Positions 18,501 through 28,104 of a stretch of DNA of 64,000 nucleotides are shown here, piece after piece. Made by a program: the position numbers and the translations under genes. The notes under the pieces were generated by a model. It was not told the DNA's origin. It was given only the letters and a program-made list of their open reading frames with translations, and searched no databases. Each line of letters starts with the position of its first letter. Within the stretch, counting starts at the first letter, position 1. Source of the DNA: a virus (lineage: Duplodnaviria; Caudoviricetes); the IMG/VR virus record IMGVR_UViG_3300047561_001367, positions 32,001 through 96,000 of that record, one strand, 5' to 3'.

Positions 18501-21500
18501 GCTCCAGGCGTATATGACGCTAAATATACAACGGGATTAGCAGATGATGTTTTAGCTAAACTTTTAAGATTCGCGCAACCAGCCGTTGCCGGAGTCACAA
18601 AACAAGTGACGAGCGGTCCTGGATTTAAAGAGTATCAAGCTAAACGTCAAGCCGCTTTAGATGAGATTAAAAAAAGCGGGGTAACTGGATCCGTAAATAT
18701 TAAAAAAGCTTTAAGAGGTAAAGGTTTTGCGCGGGGTTTTATTCCAAATTTTTCTGCCTTACAAGACGCAGTAGCTCGTGAACAAGGGGCTGGAATTCCT
18801 AAGAGTCAAATTTATATTGCACAACATTCGCGTCTAGCAGCGGCAGGCTATAATCCATTAGGTCTTGGAGTATTTAACAAAATTGATGAACCTACAAGCG
18901 CAGCAAGAGACGGTGCAGTAAAAAAACGCGGTTATGCTGGCGGATTTATTCCAAATTTCGCAGACGAGGGTGCGCAAACTCCTAGTTTTACACAGGGTGT
19001 TTTGGCCGTTGGCACCCAATTAACTACTTTAGCTTTTATATTAGGCGCAAGAAGAGCTGATATAAATAAATCTTTAATAGATATAGCTAGAGCAAATAGG
19101 GACCAAGCGAAATCTAAAATTAAAGCGTTAAAAGAGGAATTGAATGCAAAAGTTCAAGTTGATTCTGGACTAAGAACTGCTGGCATTAACCCAGGCGTGT
19201 TAATGACCGAAAAATCTGCAAATTCACCTGAACGTCAAAGAGGTTTACAAGCACAAATTGATGCTTTAAAAAGTGGAAAGGGTAGATTTGGGCCAAGCAC
19301 GGGTCAACGCTTTATGGCAAGTGTTGGCGGTGGTCAAGGACTGGCAAATATAGGTATGTTTGCAGCTCCTATAATAGCTGAAACTATAAAAAATCAAATA
19401 CCACAAGATACAAAAGGTGGTCGTGTTGGAGCGTCAGTTGTTAGTGGTTTAGGGCAAACGGCTAGTATGGCTGGAACTGGATTTATGTTAGGTGGACCTA
19501 TGGGGGCTGTTGTTGGTGGACTTGTAGGTGCGGGTATAGCGTTCACGGATGTTATCAATCAGGCTAGTAGCGCATTACCCGAGTTGACTGCAGCAGCAGA
19601 AAAAGCTGGTCAAGCATTGAGTAGATCTAACGATCAATCCCAACAAATACGCGCTGGAATTGGTCAAATAAAAGAACTTCGTAACGCTGGAAATTTCAAA
19701 GACGCCGCTAAACAACAGTTGAATTTAGAACAGTTGATACGTGAGATGGAACTCGGCCCAGGAGTTAATCGTACAGATGCGTTAGCGGCAATTAAACAGT
19801 TAGATTTCGCTGGTTTAGAACAGGCTCTACAAAAAAATACTGATGCATTAACAAGACAGGGCACGAGTACTGGTAATATTGAAAGTATTACAAAACTTAT
19901 TGAAGGTGGGAAGGGTAAAGAAGCTGGCACAAAACTTTTTCAAATTGGGCAACGTGAAGCAGCTGGGTCTGGCAAAGAATTAAGCGCTAAAGATTATGAT
20001 AAATCTATAAGAGACATAATTAATGTTTTTAGAAAAGTTAAATCTAATGTAGAAGTAAGTCAATCAGAGTTTGAAAAACTCCCTGGATTTAGTAAAGAAT
20101 TGATAAATCAAATTGCTGATGGATCTATAGATGCAGGCCAACTTACTGACATTTTACAGGGTTTATTGGGTGCGGCTGGGGACGCAAGAAAAGAGGCTGC
20201 CGAAATTGCAAAAAGATTAGGAAAGGGAAATCCGCCACTTCAAAAATTAATTGAAAGTTTTACAACTGCCCAATCTAATATAGCTAAATTTGCACAACAA
20301 GCCGCTATTACAACCGCTCTACAAAGTGAATTAAATAATGCGATTTCTACAGCTAAAGATGCAATCCTCCAAAATGATTTAGAAAATAAATCTGAAATCT
20401 TTGGAAAAGATCTTTTAAATAATCCAAAATTAGCGCAACAGTTCGGATTAGATGCTGGTTTAAATAAAATTAAAGGGCCGGAAAATAATGATAGTGTTAT
20501 TAAAGCTCAAACTGCCCTTAGTGATTATGTAAAAAACACTATAACAAATAATTTATCAGCACAAGCCGGTGGTATATCATTATCTGGAAAAGATAGTAAT
20601 ACCCCTATTAACGATACTCTTGCAGCTGTTACGAGTTTACAAGATGTAATACAAAAATTAATTAATACGACTAGCGGTAATAATATTCAATTAAATAATG
20701 TTGGTTTAAATCCTGATGAACGTTCTACACAAATAATTGATGAAATTAAAAAATTAACTGGAAACGAAGTTTCGACGGAAGATCAGGCAAAAATTCGTGA
20801 GTTAAATCAGCAACTTGTACGAGAAACTGTAATAGGGAATACTATTCAAAGACAACAATTAAGAGTTCTAGCGCAAAACAGTATACAAAATTTAGTAAAA
20901 CAATTTGTTACAGCTACTCAAAATGCATTTGGTGGTAAAGAGGGGTTTGTAGGTGGCAATTTAGAATTATTTGATAATTTAGATCAAGCTGTGGCTGATT
21001 TCAATAATCTTCAAAATGTATCTGATAACCCATTAAAAATAGAGCAGGGTCGTGCAAGTACTACAATATTAGACGAATTAAGTAAGTTAATTGGGCGTGA
21101 CGTAACGGGTTCGCTAAGTCCAGATAACATGTTAGTTAAATCTGCAACGCAAGGTCAAGCCCTTGACTTGCAAGCAAATATTGAAGAAATGCTATCCACT
21201 ATCACAAAACTTCCTGGTGGCGGTGAAGATTTAAAAGGTACAATAGTTAGCTTATTGCGTGAGCAAAGTGGGGCTGGGACGAATAATATACAAGATATCG
21301 CACAGCAAATGGCTAAAACGCGGGTTGGTGGTCAACAAGCAAATAATGGTTTATTAGAGGACCTTAGAAGAAATGCAATAGCTAATTTAGAAGATCTAAA
21401 TAAAAGGGAAGGTAGCAAGGGTAAATATGATGAAATCATAAAGATGGCTAAAGAAAATCCATCTGGCATATTTAATGATACCCAAAGTTTAATTGCTAGT

Positions 21501-24500
21501 GAAACTTCAAGACAAACGGGTATTCTAGAACAGATATTAAATGCAATTAATAATAAAGGAGGGCTTACTGGTGAGACTCAAAAAACAACATCTGATACTA
21601 CAAATACACAGTCAGAATCTACTGATAGAAAGATTAAAGTAAGGCCGGTTCCAGAAAATTCATCCTATACCACTATGTCTTCCGGCTTTGTTCCTTCATT
21701 CGCCAAAGAAGCTCGTGATATTAAAAAGGGTATTGGCGGCGCGCTTGCTAGTGACAGAGCTAAATTCATTCCGAATTTAAACGGCAAACCAGCCGTGATT
21801 AATAGCGGCGAAAAATTAATTCCTAATTTTGCTAATACTGGACAAACAGCCGTATTAACCAGAAACATGCAGAAGATGATGAATATGGCCGGTGGCTTTA
21901 TTCCGAATTTTGCAACAGGTTCTGCCAAAGATGAAAAACAATTACAAGAAGCGTTACTTAGAGCGGCTGGAGTAAACTCCCTTGTTCAAAAAAATCTTGG
22001 GCTAGGATTTGAGAACCCATTAGGGGCAGCTGGAGAAATACCTAGCGTGGAAAGATTTAATGCAAATGATCCTAATAATAAAAACTATAGGGCTTTTACT
22101 GAAATTTACGGACGTTCCGCTAAAGTTTCATTCAAAGCTGGCGCTGTAGGGGTAGGAACAATATCTAATGAGGCTACAGCATTAACACAAAATTTACTAC
22201 CGACCACTAATAATCCAAGCAAATTAAGTGAAAATCTTAGTCAATCGAGTGAAATGAATAGGGCGGTTGGAATTCGTGGAACTAATAAGGACAGTTTAGC
22301 AAAAGCTCAAAAAGAATATCGGAAAAGATTAGAAAAATATGCAGATAAAATTGTTGCATTAAATGAGAAAGCTGGTAAACCATTTGCGAAAACAGAAAAT
22401 CTTAAACTTTCTGGAATGGAAGGTTATGATAAAAGAGCGTTCGGTGTAAATGATGCAAGTAGGGGTATTATAACGTCAGAATTTGTTAAATCGAATTCGA
22501 GAGATTATAGTATTGAAAGATTAAGTACTCTAAATTCAATGCTATTTGAGGGGATACAGAGGGGAGGGATTACTGCTGAAGATCTTATATCCCAAGGAAT
22601 CGCTAAAAATAAAGACGAGTCAGATTACATGATAAGAGAAATTGAAAAAATTTCAAATCTTACTTCTACACCTACGCCGAAGCCTACGGCTACGCCAAAG
22701 CCTAAGCCCGCACCTGCGCCTACTCCCACGGCTACGCCAAAGCCGGTTCCTACCGCAACACCTAAACCCGCGTCACCATCTCCATTACCACCGCCAACAA
22801 ACACACCTACATCTACCCCATTAATACCTAAAAATTTACCAATTGGTGCGACGCCATTTTCTAGAGCCTCCATTCTAACAAATTTTAGGGACAACCCAAT
22901 AGAAAATCCAGGTAATATAAACCGTATGGTAACAGATAAAAATGGCAGACTTGTGGGTTATTCACGTCAATTAGTTGATGGAAAAGCTATGGCTAAAGCT
23001 GGTAAAAGCGTATCTGAAATAGAAAAAGCAACAAGAATGGCTAGAGACGCGGCTCGTGCGGCAAATAGTCCATATCAATTAATTGGTGGACAAAATAATC
23101 GCCCAGGGGTACAAATTAATAAAACAACTGGTATGTCTAATTACGTTCCAAAGGCGGTTTTAAATGATAAAAAAACTACTGGAGATTTATCACAAAGAAT
23201 TACTGATTTAAAGAATCAACGCAGTCAAGCTAGCCAACCATCACAAATATCAAGACGTTTAGATGGAGTTATTACTCCTGGAGTTAGTTTCGAGAGAGTA
23301 GGGCGGGATGTTTATAGAGATACGGCAACAGGTGCATTAACTAGTAATCGTCAAATGTCTGCGGGTAAAGTAACGACTTCTGCTATGCGCGAAGCCCAAG
23401 CTCGCCAAGACGAGATGAATAAAAGGGCAAATTATTCTACAGGATTTATTCCAAATTTTGTTAATGCTGCTGACTATAATAAGCAAAGAATAACTCAGAT
23501 GACTCCAGATAAAGATGGGTTAGTTCCCAACTCTCCATTTTCAAAAATAGCTAGAAAATATTACGATAGAAATTTACTTCAAAAAAATATTGGTTTTAGT
23601 GAATTTGAGACACTTTATGGTAGGGCTAACGGGATTGGAGAGGGTAATGGATTGGGTATCGGTCCTGATTCATATTTAACAACAGCTAGTGTTGCAAAGG
23701 GCACCCCAAAATCAAGAAAACTTCCGATGGCTATTCAAATGGCGCTTTTTAATAGAGCGGCCTCGCCAATTTCAGAATATACTAGCCTGTTTGATAACAC
23801 TACAATTAAAACTGGTGGTGGCAGAGGTATTCCAGCCGCTAATTATACAAATGTCGAAAAAGAGGGTAGAATTTCATCTTATAGAAATGGGCGTTTGATG
23901 TCTGTTCAACGGCCATCTAATGAAAGCTATGTGACAGAGGGAACTACGGATGATACTATAGCAAAAAATATCGGCAAAGGAATAACTCAATATTTTGGAT
24001 CAAAAGACGCACAATTGGGTGGCTTGGGAAGTTACAAGGGTAGAAGAGAAGTCCAAGGAAATACAACTTCATTATACGATAAAAGTGATAAACTTATTGG
24101 TACTGCATATAGTCTTGTAGGTGGGGAGGCAATGAGACAAGCTGGTAAGAGTATATCCCAAATAGAAGCCGCGACTAGAGCGGTCAGACAAACGAATGAG
24201 CAAAAACCTGGCGGCACTGGGGAAATATATCATGTAGGACCAAAAGCTGGTGAACGTACAGAAGCACAAAAAAATAAAGATGCCGGAATTAACCCAGTTA
24301 GTGCTCCTAGTTTAGATTCCATGCCAGATAAGGAAAAAATTAAGCCAGCATATGCACACGGTTTTATTCCAAATTTTGCTAAAAATTTTGATGGCAAATC
24401 ATTCTTACGCGCGGCAAAAGAGGCGGCTAACGCAGAAATTCAGCAAACAGGTGGTACCGCAAGACCAGCACTTGGATTTGATAAAGGCAATCCAAATAAA

Positions 24501-24926
24501 CCATTTATTTATAATAAAAATAATCAAACAGAAAGTTCTGCCCCAAATGATCACGGTGGTTATGATAAAGGAGTTATGGAATCAAAACGCAATCGTGGGT
24601 CGAGTTCTTCAAAAACTGGTATGATTGCAAATATGGGTTATGGTGGAAAAAATGCTTACTCTACCTCTAGTCCTACATTTAATATTAATTTCAGTCCACA
24701 AACAACTAATAACCATTCACAAGGATTTGTTCCAAATTTTGCGAATAATGATAAAGTAAACTATGAAGAATTGATTGGTAAGATGAAAAAAGATATGGAA
24801 AAACGTTGGTCGGAGGCTCAGAATACTATAGCACCAATGCAAAAAACACTAGATAATGCCCAAAGAAATAAAATTATTCCAGGGGCAGTTCCAAAAATTT
24901 ACGGACCTAAATTAGCAATAACATAA
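15561..24926 (+). CDS. Tape measure protein (3121 aa), modular, with repeated GFIPNF motifs and cargo-like domains
   Basis: N-terminal TP901-type TMP core (AKNTGQSFQEVAKAATEFSRQG...), Gly-rich TM segments, coiled coils, ten G[FY][IV]P[NS]F motifs. Confidence 0.9.
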   Translation: MANIDITIGGNTRQLEKDIQNTVNKSYNINLTTKGDQPLGRITGKVNEFTKSLDASNARVIAFGASAGVIYGIQRAFDSLVSSTIEVQKSLQDINVILNVSTSQINKFGSELFNIAKNTGQSFQEVAKAATEFSRQGLGVEETLKRTSQALILSRLSGLDAAKSVEALTAAVNSFASQAVTASEVVNKFANVDAAFAVSSGDLAEAISRVGSSAAQSGVSLNELIAIVTSAQQTTARGGAVIGNSFKTIFTRLQRGKVVDLLGSLGVGDTDSQGKVKSTIQLLQDLAKVYDTLGRGQQSDVAEKVGGVFQINILKAALADLGKEYSVYNSALRTAASSTDQAISRNEALNKTYAAQLNTLSQNAKQLSANVGQRVLGPTFDRVVGGANDLLGGVNESDGQGVGATLAKGILDGIGKTIAGPGLALIGGVLIKLIGDFSKFAAGSVKELLGLNTATKQQADLQKSVNDILSKNPALIELALKGEQGLASAAEVLLSNLRAQTVELEKQQQISAKLAQQFYGAGVRVTGGVPTAPPAPKAKGKAAGYIPNFVSDAIAEKYTAISLGATSTVRPHMSEGTIGGRKFVMNDQETEYPGVGRNGDSMVIPHYAARGFVPNFAPANIKAIREGNIFEKQINKILFGIESDAGSRALDFLPSNSIGSLPSEIKKSLNISPASRYGDAKRTESKSSQANFVSKVLRQFPNILNNREPDKNNFIDLSNAPELSGLAMLFINEGTDKKSFAYLGTGGPNKVAQGKGSNYGQKTGKIFQQNKAIANNKRNVTIKVPYLSDKIDVSKLPSLESGKRSYASKFKKSFASGFIPNFATTGTGSVIDLGDIAAGSPILKGKIASLIYPGESSGIQKVPVKSVYRGQAFKGLLPTAGINKGELKQGINIPNVEDDVEQMLLNQANNFGQVLSSSGIPMSALVKGELPNTGAVKGAAGVAFEGAVKSVVNKSLQSTSQNANIDFASPSTKLRSIFNKAPGVYDAKYTTGLADDVLAKLLRFAQPAVAGVTKQVTSGPGFKEYQAKRQAALDEIKKSGVTGSVNIKKALRGKGFARGFIPNFSALQDAVAREQGAGIPKSQIYIAQHSRLAAAGYNPLGLGVFNKIDEPTSAARDGAVKKRGYAGGFIPNFADEGAQTPSFTQGVLAVGTQLTTLAFILGARRADINKSLIDIARANRDQAKSKIKALKEELNAKVQVDSGLRTAGINPGVLMTEKSANSPERQRGLQAQIDALKSGKGRFGPSTGQRFMASVGGGQGLANIGMFAAPIIAETIKNQIPQDTKGGRVGASVVSGLGQTASMAGTGFMLGGPMGAVVGGLVGAGIAFTDVINQASSALPELTAAAEKAGQALSRSNDQSQQIRAGIGQIKELRNAGNFKDAAKQQLNLEQLIREMELGPGVNRTDALAAIKQLDFAGLEQALQKNTDALTRQGTSTGNIESITKLIEGGKGKEAGTKLFQIGQREAAGSGKELSAKDYDKSIRDIINVFRKVKSNVEVSQSEFEKLPGFSKELINQIADGSIDAGQLTDILQGLLGAAGDARKEAAEIAKRLGKGNPPLQKLIESFTTAQSNIAKFAQQAAITTALQSELNNAISTAKDAILQNDLENKSEIFGKDLLNNPKLAQQFGLDAGLNKIKGPENNDSVIKAQTALSDYVKNTITNNLSAQAGGISLSGKDSNTPINDTLAAVTSLQDVIQKLINTTSGNNIQLNNVGLNPDERSTQIIDEIKKLTGNEVSTEDQAKIRELNQQLVRETVIGNTIQRQQLRVLAQNSIQNLVKQFVTATQNAFGGKEGFVGGNLELFDNLDQAVADFNNLQNVSDNPLKIEQGRASTTILDELSKLIGRDVTGSLSPDNMLVKSATQGQALDLQANIEEMLSTITKLPGGGEDLKGTIVSLLREQSGAGTNNIQDIAQQMAKTRVGGQQANNGLLEDLRRNAIANLEDLNKREGSKGKYDEIIKMAKENPSGIFNDTQSLIASETSRQTGILEQILNAINNKGGLTGETQKTTSDTTNTQSESTDRKIKVRPVPENSSYTTMSSGFVPSFAKEARDIKKGIGGALASDRAKFIPNLNGKPAVINSGEKLIPNFANTGQTAVLTRNMQKMMNMAGGFIPNFATGSAKDEKQLQEALLRAAGVNSLVQKNLGLGFENPLGAAGEIPSVERFNANDPNNKNYRAFTEIYGRSAKVSFKAGAVGVGTISNEATALTQNLLPTTNNPSKLSENLSQSSEMNRAVGIRGTNKDSLAKAQKEYRKRLEKYADKIVALNEKAGKPFAKTENLKLSGMEGYDKRAFGVNDASRGIITSEFVKSNSRDYSIERLSTLNSMLFEGIQRGGITAEDLISQGIAKNKDESDYMIREIEKISNLTSTPTPKPTATPKPKPAPAPTPTATPKPVPTATPKPASPSPLPPPTNTPTSTPLIPKNLPIGATPFSRASILTNFRDNPIENPGNINRMVTDKNGRLVGYSRQLVDGKAMAKAGKSVSEIEKATRMARDAARAANSPYQLIGGQNNRPGVQINKTTGMSNYVPKAVLNDKKTTGDLSQRITDLKNQRSQASQPSQISRRLDGVITPGVSFERVGRDVYRDTATGALTSNRQMSAGKVTTSAMREAQARQDEMNKRANYSTGFIPNFVNAADYNKQRITQMTPDKDGLVPNSPFSKIARKYYDRNLLQKNIGFSEFETLYGRANGIGEGNGLGIGPDSYLTTASVAKGTPKSRKLPMAIQMALFNRAASPISEYTSLFDNTTIKTGGGRGIPAANYTNVEKEGRISSYRNGRLMSVQRPSNESYVTEGTTDDTIAKNIGKGITQYFGSKDAQLGGLGSYKGRREVQGNTTSLYDKSDKLIGTAYSLVGGEAMRQAGKSISQIEAATRAVRQTNEQKPGGTGEIYHVGPKAGERTEAQKNKDAGINPVSAPSLDSMPDKEKIKPAYAHGFIPNFAKNFDGKSFLRAAKEAANAEIQQTGGTARPALGFDKGNPNKPFIYNKNNQTESSAPNDHGGYDKGVMESKRNRGSSSSKTGMIANMGYGGKNAYSTSSPTFNINFSPQTTNNHSQGFVPNFANNDKVNYEELIGKMKKDMEKRWSEAQNTIAPMQKTLDNAQRNKIIPGAVPKIYGPKLAIT
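22664..22830 (+). repeat. Pro/Thr/Lys-rich low-complexity linker (TPKPTATPKP...)
   Basis: Direct translation; repeated ACGGCTACGCCAAAGCC. Confidence 0.85.
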
Positions 24927-24930
24927 TAAT

Positions 24931-26538
24931 ATGAATTTATCAAATGCAACAGTTGTAAGTTTTAATAGAAGAACTCAGTATTTGGGGGAGAATGCTAGTT
25001 TAAAAAGCGTGGTTGAATTAAGCGTACAGTGTGCCGCAGTAGGCACAAATTTTGGCACTATTCATGGTATTATTAATGGTATTGCGAATAGCGCGGGTAC
25101 AACCCAATTTCGTGAGGATATTTCAATTAATGGTACTAGTTTTGGCAAAGGTTATGTATCGTCTGTAACTGCTAGTCCAGACGGTACAGACACACAAATG
25201 AAAATGTATACTGTAAATGTATCTATAGAGTATGCTGGTAACTTATCTAAAATTTTTTCAACTGTAGGTGATTCTTCTTTATTACAATCGTTTTCTGATA
25301 GTTATAATTTTTCAAGAGAGGGCGTGAAAGAAAATTACACGCAAGAATGTAATTTACAAATAAATCCAGATGATCGTGCCAATGGGCTTAACATTGGAAA
25401 GGGAATCGTATCTGCTGTAGCTGCTGATACCACTAGATTACAATCAATGCTGGGCTTCCCACCAACATTAGGTGGATGTAAAAAATTTAACGAAGAGAAT
25501 TACGATCAAAAATCTAATACTTATTCTTTTAAATCCTCATGGCAAATTTATAAAAATACAGACTCCTCTCCAAGTACTTTAGTTAGCTATTCTACTAGCG
25601 GCCAATTTAATGAAGATGGGACTATTACTGTAACAGTTAAAGTTGATGTTATTGGTAATAGCGGCGATACAGCCCAGCAAAGAGCTAATGAAGCTAAAGC
25701 AAAAGTTGAATCGCTAAAATCTAGTTTATTTGCGAAAGCAAGTTCTTTATATAGTCAAATAAAAAATAGTATCAGCGGTATACACAATTCTTTGCAAGAT
25801 TATCCAACGACTGAGACTACTGATGTAGCTATATCTGAAGGCAGAGCTTCATCATCTAGAACTTATACTAATAGTTTAGAAATATACGCATCTGATAAAG
25901 TTTATTGGCAATATTCTAATAGCGTAACAAACGAAGAATTATCTTCAATTATTAGCGAAGAGGGCACGATTTTTGGAGGTGGGCCTTTAAATGACGCTAA
26001 AACTTCTTTAAATAGTCCAACTCAAAAATACAATAGCGCTAAAAGTAAATTTAATAGCATTAAAGGTGAAATAAAACAACGTGCTAAAAATTTATGGGAT
26101 AATACGGGTTCAGGTGATTTTAAACTAGTTTCTTATTCTATTTCGCATGGATATAATGCTGGTTCAATAAAATATAACTATAGATATTCTAATAATCCAG
26201 CTTTAAAATTTGGTGATGAGGACGTTACGACACCTATTAGAAAAAAACACTCAGATACTAGTTATGATGTGAATGTAAATCTTAGTAGTAATTTTTTACT
26301 TTTTGGTCAAGATATGTATGAACTACTTCAAAGACAACCTAACATTATGCCTAAGAAAAAAATTACAAGAGAAAGTATGAATGGTTTAGGTACTTTAAAA
26401 ATGGGCGATTATATAACTCAAAGTACCGTACCAAGTTTAGGTGGAAATTCAGTAATTGAAAGTATTACATTTCAATTTTCAATTAAAAATCGTGAATTCA
26501 CATCTGAATATAATATATTAGAAATCGTAGATAAATAA
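24931..26538 (+). CDS. Tail tip/distal tail protein
   Basis: Ser/Thr-rich beta protein directly after the TMP. Confidence 0.5.
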   Translation: MNLSNATVVSFNRRTQYLGENASLKSVVELSVQCAAVGTNFGTIHGIINGIANSAGTTQFREDISINGTSFGKGYVSSVTASPDGTDTQMKMYTVNVSIEYAGNLSKIFSTVGDSSLLQSFSDSYNFSREGVKENYTQECNLQINPDDRANGLNIGKGIVSAVAADTTRLQSMLGFPPTLGGCKKFNEENYDQKSNTYSFKSSWQIYKNTDSSPSTLVSYSTSGQFNEDGTITVTVKVDVIGNSGDTAQQRANEAKAKVESLKSSLFAKASSLYSQIKNSISGIHNSLQDYPTTETTDVAISEGRASSSRTYTNSLEIYASDKVYWQYSNSVTNEELSSIISEEGTIFGGGPLNDAKTSLNSPTQKYNSAKSKFNSIKGEIKQRAKNLWDNTGSGDFKLVSYSISHGYNAGSIKYNYRYSNNPALKFGDEDVTTPIRKKHSDTSYDVNVNLSSNFLLFGQDMYELLQRQPNIMPKKKITRESMNGLGTLKMGDYITQSTVPSLGGNSVIESITFQFSIKNREFTSEYNILEIVDK

Positions 26539-26544
26539 TATGAT

Positions 26545-28104
26545 ATGACTTACGGAGGAGTAAAACTAGGTACAGATGAACCATTTGCTGGAATAAGCAC
26601 TGAAACAGTTGTTTATGGTGGTAAGTTATGCACTATTAAAAGAGTCACATGTCAGGGTAAGATATATACATGTGATAGTCGTGGAAATAAAATTGATGTT
26701 TTATCACAAATAAATGCTTTTCAAAATGCGGTTAGTAGTGATTATCAATCATTTTCTGCCGGAAGTTTTTCCGTTGCTAATGCAAGATGTGAATCTTTAT
26801 CCATTACCAATTCAGACTATTTAGGTGCAGAATATAGCGCAGAATTTTTAGCTTATCCAGACGAATGGTTTAAAGGTACTATCGGTATTTTAGATCCTGT
26901 AGACTCCGTTAAAGGAACGGAAAATAAAGACGGAACAATTAGTATTACACGAACTATTTCTGGGAGAGGTATTAGCAAATCAGCTGGTGATGGTTTAGAT
27001 AAGGTTATTAGTTGGATTAAAGGTTTAAATCCCAAAACTTTTCCATCAACTAATTTTTTAACATCGTCTTTAAAATCGGCGGGTGCCCCATCACCGCGCA
27101 GAATCCAAGAGGTTATTAATCGTGCAGAAGGTTCTGCAAGTGTAGAGGTTGAATTTGTTTTCAATTCTGGTAGCCGTAGTACATGTTTATTAGTTTTTAC
27201 TGTTGATAATAATTACGATGATCGTGGTGGAATAGAGTCTAGCACTGTAAGCGGATCGATTAGCGGGGGTGTTGATAGTACTATAGAGAGCGTTCGTAGT
27301 GAATTTAATGGGTTTACTCCTTTTAATTACGCACAGAGCGCGTCTAAATATACATTACTTCCCGAATGTATAGCCAAAAGTATAGAGGAGAACGAAGCGG
27401 AGTTAACAATTAATTTTAGTTTTACTTACAATAGTTTTCCAATCAATCAACAGATAAATTCCGAGTCAACAATTCAATATGATTTTATTCGTGATATAGG
27501 CACAATAACAATTGGTGGAGACGCTTCATTAGTAAAACTTCCACAAAAATCTCGCCAAGATCAAATTGATAATTTAGTACAAGCTGCTCAAATAAAATCA
27601 ACAGCTCAGACTGAATTTCAAAATCTATCACCAAAATCTAATCCGCCTTTAAATACTTCGTTACCATCAAATTTTAGCATAAGTACATCTAAAAATTCTC
27701 AAATTAGTAAAACTTTTAATGTTTCTTACGATAATTCAGCCATAATTCCAGATGGATTAAAAGCTAATGTTTTAGATTTTGATTATTCAATTGATTATTC
27801 GCCATCTATTCAAGTCAAAATACCAGTTGCTCTTTTAAAAGGGGATAGTGCGGTTTTTAATATGAAAGCAAAAACACGGGCTAGGATAAGTATAAAGGGC
27901 GTTGCTATTTCAAGAGACTCTGGATTAAATACGAACGTTTTAAATGCAGCTGAAAAAATTTTAGATGACATTGGTGGTTCAGAAAACTTCAATGATATAT
28001 TTATAGAAAAAAAATCTGTAATTTACTCTATAGATAATGATAATGGTTATAAATATAACTTTGAAATTACTAAAACAGCGGAGGGTAAAGTATATGGAGG
28101 CTAA
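26545..28104 (+). CDS. Tail tip protein, likely paralogous to the upstream gene
   Basis: Shares an 'N[EK]DGTI[TS][VI]T' motif and similar size with 24931..26538. Confidence 0.5.
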   Translation: MTYGGVKLGTDEPFAGISTETVVYGGKLCTIKRVTCQGKIYTCDSRGNKIDVLSQINAFQNAVSSDYQSFSAGSFSVANARCESLSITNSDYLGAEYSAEFLAYPDEWFKGTIGILDPVDSVKGTENKDGTISITRTISGRGISKSAGDGLDKVISWIKGLNPKTFPSTNFLTSSLKSAGAPSPRRIQEVINRAEGSASVEVEFVFNSGSRSTCLLVFTVDNNYDDRGGIESSTVSGSISGGVDSTIESVRSEFNGFTPFNYAQSASKYTLLPECIAKSIEENEAELTINFSFTYNSFPINQQINSESTIQYDFIRDIGTITIGGDASLVKLPQKSRQDQIDNLVQAAQIKSTAQTEFQNLSPKSNPPLNTSLPSNFSISTSKNSQISKTFNVSYDNSAIIPDGLKANVLDFDYSIDYSPSIQVKIPVALLKGDSAVFNMKAKTRARISIKGVAISRDSGLNTNVLNAAEKILDDIGGSENFNDIFIEKKSVIYSIDNDNGYKYNFEITKTAEGKVYGG

